NCBI GenBank assembly: GCA_038858525.1
Contig: JAWCFL010000062.1
Span: 1-5,500 of the forward strand
Length of the DNA: 5,500 bases
Direction of reading: 5' to 3'
Origin: Candidatus Jordarchaeales archaeon
Lineage (GTDB): Archaea; Asgardarchaeota; Jordiarchaeia; Jordiarchaeales; Freyrarchaeaceae
The translations under genes were made by a program, and so were the position numbers. The notes under the pieces were generated by a model that saw only the letters and a program-made list of their open reading frames with translations, was not told the origin of the DNA and searched no databases. Shown here in pieces: positions 1 to 3,948 of the stretch. Each line of letters opens with the position of its first letter. Positions within the stretch are counted from its first letter, which is position 1.

Positions 1-1335
1 GGCTTAGAGGTGGGCTTGATCGAGCGGTCCTTCAGTGTTTCAGATAAGGCTCCATGCTCTATTAGGATAGATAGGCTTGAGAGCACGGACCGTGTAAGGA
101 TACTGCTTTACGTTTCGAGGAACGACACTGGCTTCCCCGTTACGAACGCCACAGTAAAACTCTTCTATATTAATGGAAGCGAAATTGTGCCGGACAGGAC
201 AGAGGACTATGGGAATGGGTCTTACTTCGTGGAGTTTACTCCGCCCGGTGAGGGCTTCTACAAGTTTAAGATAGTTGTGTCGGGGAGTCGCATAGAGACG
301 GCGGCGGTGACGGTTGAGCTTGCTTATAGTCCGCCGCCGTTGCCCTTGGGGTTGGTTGTTGGAGTTCTGTCTTTGATTGTGCAGTCTGCTCAGTCTGCTC
401 AGTTCTCACGTGTTCTCGCCTTTCTGGGTGTTTCGGTTGCGGCTGTGGTTGCTGGTGGTGTTGTTGGCGGTAGGTATTATAGGAGGTGGAGGGCTCCTGT
501 TAGGGCTATGGGTGCCGTGGAGAACGTGCTTGTTACGCACAGGGAGACGGGTCTTCCGTTGTGGAACTTTGACGTTCTCTCGCTGGATGTTGATGCTACG
601 CTTGTGTCGGGCTTCGTGTCGGCGGTGAGGAACTTTGCCGAGGAGATGAGGCTTGGGGGGTTCAACGTGCTAGAGACGCGCATTGGGACGTTCGTGAGGG
701 CTGAGAGCGAGCTTCTAGAGGTCGTTTGCGTCACTGGGAAGGTTGGCAGGCTTGAGGTTGAGTGGCTTAGGGGTAGGCTCGCCGAGTTTCTGAGGCTTGT
801 GGAGGCTGAGGCTGGCTCAGCGCTGAGGAAGTGGGAGGGTGGCGACGTCTCAGAGTTCAGGGATGTCTTCAGGCGTGCCTTCAGCAGCGTCTTCAACTAT
901 CCGAGGCTTGTCAGGCTTCACGAGGCGAGAATGAGGGGGCTGATTAAGGAGAGGGGCCGCTTGACTGGCGCCATCGCTTCCCTAGAGAAGGAGGCTAGGA
1001 AGGCTGGTGAGCTTTTCGAGAGGAGAGCTTTGAGCGTTGAGGAGTATGAGAGGCGTGTCTCTGAGCTGAGCCGTGAGAAGGAGGCGCTTGAGCAGAAGAT
1101 TGCGAGCATAGATGACACGCTTTCGAGGATGCGGGTGAGAGAGCTTATAGTAACGGGTAAGGTTGAGGAGGTAAGGGCGAGGTTTAACGAGATAAGGGCT
1201 GAGATAGACGAGCTCAGGAAGAAGGAGGAGAAGGGCGAACTAACCGACAGGGAGAGGAAGAGGCTACGTAGCCTTGAGAAGGAGCTCAGGAAGCTCATAG
1301 ACGAGCTGGGCAAGATAGAAGCTGGCGGCATGTAA
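1..1335 (+). CDS. 5'-truncated single-pass membrane protein: Ig-like beta-sandwich ectodomain, TM helix, cytoplasmic longin-like domain and C-terminal coiled-coil hairpins (Asgard-type)
   Basis: The frame is open from base 1 (GGC TTA GAG GTG...), so GTG at 10 is not the true start. The beta-rich module (TGFPVTNATV...GNGSY...GFY) carries 4 N-x-S/T sequons. The hydrophobic helix VLAFLGVSVAAVVAGGVVGG (412-471) is followed by basic RYYRRWR. ENVLVTHRETGLPLW...DATLVSGFVSAVRNFAEEM...KWEGGDVSEF (~514-894) resembles archaeal longin domains. An E/K/R-rich heptad region runs 895-1332. Stop is TAA at 1333-1335. Confidence 0.88.
   Translation, partial: GLEVGLIERSFSVSDKAPCSIRIDRLESTDRVRILLYVSRNDTGFPVTNATVKLFYINGSEIVPDRTEDYGNGSYFVEFTPPGEGFYKFKIVVSGSRIETAAVTVELAYSPPPLPLGLVVGVLSLIVQSAQSAQFSRVLAFLGVSVAAVVAGGVVGGRYYRRWRAPVRAMGAVENVLVTHRETGLPLWNFDVLSLDVDATLVSGFVSAVRNFAEEMRLGGFNVLETRIGTFVRAESELLEVVCVTGKVGRLEVEWLRGRLAEFLRLVEAEAGSALRKWEGGDVSEFRDVFRRAFSSVFNYPRLVRLHEARMRGLIKERGRLTGAIASLEKEARKAGELFERRALSVEEYERRVSELSREKEALEQKIASIDDTLSRMRVRELIVTGKVEEVRARFNEIRAEIDELRKKEEKGELTDRERKRLRSLEKELRKLIDELGKIEAGGM
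514..894 (+). other. Longin-like domain within ORF1 (residues ~169-295 of the track translation)
   Basis: The predicted order is beta-beta (ENVLVTH / LPLWNF), helix (DATLVSGFVSAVRNFAEEM), three strands (FNVLET / TFVRAE / LEVVCVT), then helices (WLRGRLAEFLRLVE, FRDVFRRAF). This matches the longin beta2-alpha-beta3-alpha2 layout and the 'LxSGFxSAxxxFxxE' helix typical of Asgard longin/roadblock-like proteins. Recognised by eye; no HMM was run. Confidence 0.65.
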
Positions 1336-1372
1336 CCCGGAGCCAGCTTCCCCCCTCCTTCTTGTTTCTTTT
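1318..1372 (+). terminator. Hairpin over the ORF1 stop codon followed by a pyrimidine/T-rich tract; probable terminator
   Basis: GAAGCTGGC (1318-1326) is the exact reverse complement of GCCAGCTTC (1342-1350), giving a 9-bp stem with a 15-nt loop that contains the TAA. It is followed by CCCCCTCCTTCTTGTTTCTTTT. Confidence 0.55.
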
Positions 1373-1389
1373 GGGTGTTTTAGGTGCTC

Positions 1390-1453
1390 GGGAAGAGTTT
1401 AAATTTTGGTCGTGTTTTTCGTTGTGCTGGCTTCTAGGTGCGAGGTTGGTGGT
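1390..1453 (+). promoter_or_regulatory. Putative archaeal BRE/TATA promoter and ribosome-binding site for ORF2
   Basis: Purine-rich GGGAAGAG (1390-1397) lies directly before TTTAAA (1398-1403). GAGGT (1442-1446) and GGTGGT (1448-1453) lie just upstream of ATG 1454. Confidence 0.45.
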
Positions 1454-2260
1454 ATGGGGTCGAGGTTTCTTGTTGTGAGCCAGATTGACGCGACCGTTGG
1501 GAGCCCTCATCAGAGGGAGCTTGAGGAGTTCAGCGCATCAAAGTTCCCCCTCTTCAGGGATTTCGGGCTGGAGAGGGTTCGCGGCGTGGTTTGCGGGGAA
1601 TTAGGCGGCAGGTTTGAGGGTCTCGGGCTGGGGGAGGACTGGTCTTTCACGCTTGAATTCTTCCCGGAGGTTAACGTCCACGTGCTTTACTTTTACTATG
1701 GGGACGAGTTTGGCGACGTCGAGGGCGAACTGAAGTTCTTGTTCTCGGGCGAGAGAGCTTACTGGGTTCCCGGAGAGGACTTGGTCACATTCACAGGCAT
1801 CGCTCTAAACTTTCTGGAGGCGAAGCTGGTGGGGCGGGAGCCCGTGGACAGGAGCTACGGTGAAAAGTCTGGGCTCATGGTCAAGATCCTAGAGGAGAGA
1901 AGGGAGCCCTTTAGGCTACTAAGGGCGGAGGACGCTGAGGGGCTCGGAAGGTTCGTGGGTGCAGAGGTGCTGAGAAACGGCTCCGAGTGGAGGATAAAGA
2001 GGGAGGTTTTCCCGCAGGTCTTCGTCGAGGTGCTCTACAGCAGAGACATGCTCGACGTGTCCTATTCTGGCAGAAACTTGCCTAGCGTGGGAAGCTACCA
2101 ACTCGAGCTACTCGCTACCTTCCTCATAAACCACATTATAAGGTTCATAACGGTAGAAAACCACGGAAAAGTGAAGCTTCCAAGCATCTGCTACAAGATG
2201 TTCTCGAGAATGTTCACTAAGGAGAAGGGGTGGAGCCACCACACAAGCGATGCTACATGA
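1454..2260 (+). CDS. DUF3786-like protein of unknown function, 268 aa, with two internally duplicated halves
   Basis: ATG 1454 (MGSRF...) is preferred over GTG 1406 because of the SD-like sequence and the promoter position. The motif LGG...G-E-DWSFTLEFFPEVNVHVLY...GDEF...LKFLFS...GEDL resembles the DUF3786 consensus as I recall it (GG...GD.s......P.vp......DeEF....lFD...EDl). A second, degenerate copy follows (SEWRIKREVFPQVFVEVLY...LDVSYSG). Stop is TGA at 2258-2260. Confidence 0.75.
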   Translation: MGSRFLVVSQIDATVGSPHQRELEEFSASKFPLFRDFGLERVRGVVCGELGGRFEGLGLGEDWSFTLEFFPEVNVHVLYFYYGDEFGDVEGELKFLFSGERAYWVPGEDLVTFTGIALNFLEAKLVGREPVDRSYGEKSGLMVKILEERREPFRLLRAEDAEGLGRFVGAEVLRNGSEWRIKREVFPQVFVEVLYSRDMLDVSYSGRNLPSVGSYQLELLATFLINHIIRFITVENHGKVKLPSICYKMFSRMFTKEKGWSHHTSDAT

Positions 2261-2316
2261 ACGAAGCTCCAAAGCTACAGCTACCAGCGCAAAAGGCTCA
2301 CTTTTATTTATCAGCT

Positions 2317-2335
2317 CCCTTTTTTCTTTCTTTTC
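2317..2335 (+). terminator. Oligo-T tract, probable terminator of ORF2
   Basis: CCCTTTTTTCTTTCTTTTC begins about 57 nt downstream of the ORF2 stop. Archaeal intrinsic termination occurs at oligo(dT) tracts. Confidence 0.45.
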
Positions 2336-2489
2336 CGCTGTGTGAGTTAGACCCGCATTTGCTCTCGGCTTTAGTTAAACGCCCACGGTCGCGTCATTTC
2401 CGTTTTCCTGTTCCTTCTTTCCTTTTTCTTTTCTTTTTTAGTCGTCTTGCTTTTGCGTCTTTGTCGTTACGTTTAAATGTCTTTGTGGT

Positions 2490-2534
2490 ATTATAACGGT
2501 GATTATTATAATGGTGGTTATTATAATGGTGGTT
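2490..2534 (+). repeat. 3 x 15-bp tandem direct repeat (ATTATAAYGGTGRTT) overlapping the promoter, RBS and start of the ATPase gene
   Basis: 2490 ATTATAACGGTGATT, 2505 ATTATAATGGTGGTT, 2520 ATTATAATGGTGGTT. Copies 2 and 3 are identical and copy 1 matches at 13/15. Each copy contains the TTATAA palindrome (ATTATAAT in copies 2 and 3). Confidence 0.92.
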
Positions 2535-3749
2535 ATACCGAGGAGAGAGCTGGACCATGCTCTTCGCGGCTTCAAATGGCTACTGGTTTATGGGCGGAGG
2601 AAGACCGGGAAAACCTTCTATGTGAGGGAGAACGCTGAGTACGACAGGTACTTTGTGGTTCCGAGGAACAAGGTTCTCATCGACCTCTGCAGTGGGGAAG
2701 ATTATTCGCAGAGCGAGTTCAGGAGAGTTCTCCCCCTCATGGTTAGGGAAGAGAAGATCGTGGTGGACGAGTTCCACCGTTTGGATGAACCCGTGCTCTC
2801 GACTATTCAAGCTCTGAGCGGCGTTGGTCATCTTATACTGATAACGTCAACAATGCATTACTTCAAGGAAATGGTTGGGAAGGGGAGCCCGCTCCTCGGC
2901 CTCTTCGAGCTAAGGCAGGTTTCACTTGTTGACCCAAGGGACGCCCTGATCTTCGCTGAATCCCTCGGATTGAGAGAAAGAGAGATGTTTGAGGCCGCTT
3001 GCATCGTTCAGGAGCCGTGGCTTGCGCCGGTCGTTGAAAGGTACAGGGAGGAGGCACCATTCAGGCTAAAGGAGGCGCTGAGGGTCTACACCCCCCACCT
3101 GGTGGGGGAAGTTTTCGCGGAGGAGGACGTCGAACTCACAGCCAGATACTCAGCTATTCTGGGCGCCATAGCCAATGGAAAAAACCATTCTTCTGAGATA
3201 TCAAGCTACCTCTACTCGAAGGGGCTGATCGAGAAGGACAACCCCGGCCTCATCTCCCAGTACCTTAAAAACCTCATCCAGATGGGGCTAGTCAAAGCCA
3301 CACCGATAGAAGGAAAGAAAAGAAGGGGCTTCCAGTACAGGCACGCCTCCCCAATACTGGACATCGCATACTACCTAAACGAGAAATACGGCTTCTTCGA
3401 GGCAGACATGGACGAGCAGAGGGTTGGAGAAGTGTTCAGCGAGAGGATGCCATTATACATGGAGTGGTTTTTCGAGGAACTGTTGTCGAGAATGTTCAGC
3501 ATGCAGCCAGTCAAAATATCGAAGCCAGACCTGGAGGTGGACGTAGCACTCAGAGAGCACATGAAAGTGAGAGTCGTGGCGGAAGTAAAATGGAAAAGGA
3601 ACGTTGACAGCAAAGAGGTGAGCAAGATCGAGGAAAAACTAGCTAGGTTCGGAGAAGCGAGAAAAATACTGATCGTTCCAAGTGAAGACGTGCTTAAAAG
3701 AACACCCGAAAACATCGAAGTATGGGACTGGAAAAAACTGAAAAGGTAA
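2526..3749 (+). CDS. Archaeal ATPase, COG1672/DUF234 type: P-loop ATPase, winged-helix and C-terminal PD-(D/E)xK nuclease-like domain
   Basis: Walker A GRRKTGKT (2592-2615) follows hydrophobic WLLVY. Walker B is IVVDEFH (2757-2777), with ITST as a sensor-like strand. A wHTH-like segment reads YSAILGAIANG...SEISSYL...ISQYLKNLIQMGLV. The nuclease motif is EVD...AEVKW (3534-3593). The start is ambiguous among GTG 2499, ATG 2511 and ATG 2526; 2526 gives MVVIPRRE, like the short N-termini of this family. Stop is TAA at 3747-3749. Confidence 0.9.
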   Translation: MVVIPRRELDHALRGFKWLLVYGRRKTGKTFYVRENAEYDRYFVVPRNKVLIDLCSGEDYSQSEFRRVLPLMVREEKIVVDEFHRLDEPVLSTIQALSGVGHLILITSTMHYFKEMVGKGSPLLGLFELRQVSLVDPRDALIFAESLGLREREMFEAACIVQEPWLAPVVERYREEAPFRLKEALRVYTPHLVGEVFAEEDVELTARYSAILGAIANGKNHSSEISSYLYSKGLIEKDNPGLISQYLKNLIQMGLVKATPIEGKKRRGFQYRHASPILDIAYYLNEKYGFFEADMDEQRVGEVFSERMPLYMEWFFEELLSRMFSMQPVKISKPDLEVDVALREHMKVRVVAEVKWKRNVDSKEVSKIEEKLARFGEARKILIVPSEDVLKRTPENIEVWDWKKLKR

Positions 3750-3892
3750 ATAACACTGAACCGACATAACCGCTAAGAAGCCTTGAAGAGCAAATCACAA
3801 TCAAAAACATGAAAAGCACGCAACAACAAGAGCTACGAGAATACACCATGAGCAGCCGGACAAGCATAAGCAACACAGCCGTCAACGTCCTG

Positions 3893-3914
3893 GAAAACAA
3901 AACCAAAAACAAAA
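3893..3914 (-). terminator. Oligo-T tract on the minus strand, probable terminator of ORF4
   Basis: The minus strand reads TTTTGTTTTTGGTTTTGTTTTC, starting about 35 nt downstream of the ORF4 stop (plus strand GAAAACAAAACCAAAAACAAAA). Confidence 0.5.
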
Positions 3915-3948
3915 GAGTGAAGGAAAGTCCTTAGTGTAGCAGATCGCT

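Noticed and set aside
10-12. GTG start of ORF1 as given by the ORF track
   Set aside because: The frame is open to base 1, there is no signal peptide, and the sequence begins mid-domain. The gene starts upstream of the window.
514-1335. Calling ORF1 a SNARE
   Set aside because: It has no C-terminal TM anchor or lipidation motif, and the helical region is broken into hairpins rather than forming a continuous ~60-residue SNARE motif.
377-1510. Overlapping or antisense ORFs 377..628, 477..896, 918..1331 and 1295..1510
   Set aside because: These are shadows of ORF1 or of intergenic DNA. They are Ser/Leu-rich or low complexity, as expected from the antisense of GAG/AAG-rich coding sequence, and show no recognisable motifs.
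2230-2496. 88-aa ORF, with an ATG at 2257 overlapping the ORF2 stop (ATGA)
   Set aside because: The ATGA overlap is suggestive, but the Phe/Leu/Ser-rich content derives from oligo-T tracts that look like terminators, and the ORF runs into the ATPase promoter. It cannot be fully excluded without Ribo-seq.
2490-2534. CRISPR array interpretation of the 15-bp repeats
   Set aside because: The units are directly adjacent with no spacers, are too short, and no cas genes are present in the window.
1919-3715. Antisense ORFs 1919..2101, 2580..2831, 2863..3060 and 3371..3715
   Set aside because: They lie wholly opposite well-supported CDSs and have no motifs.
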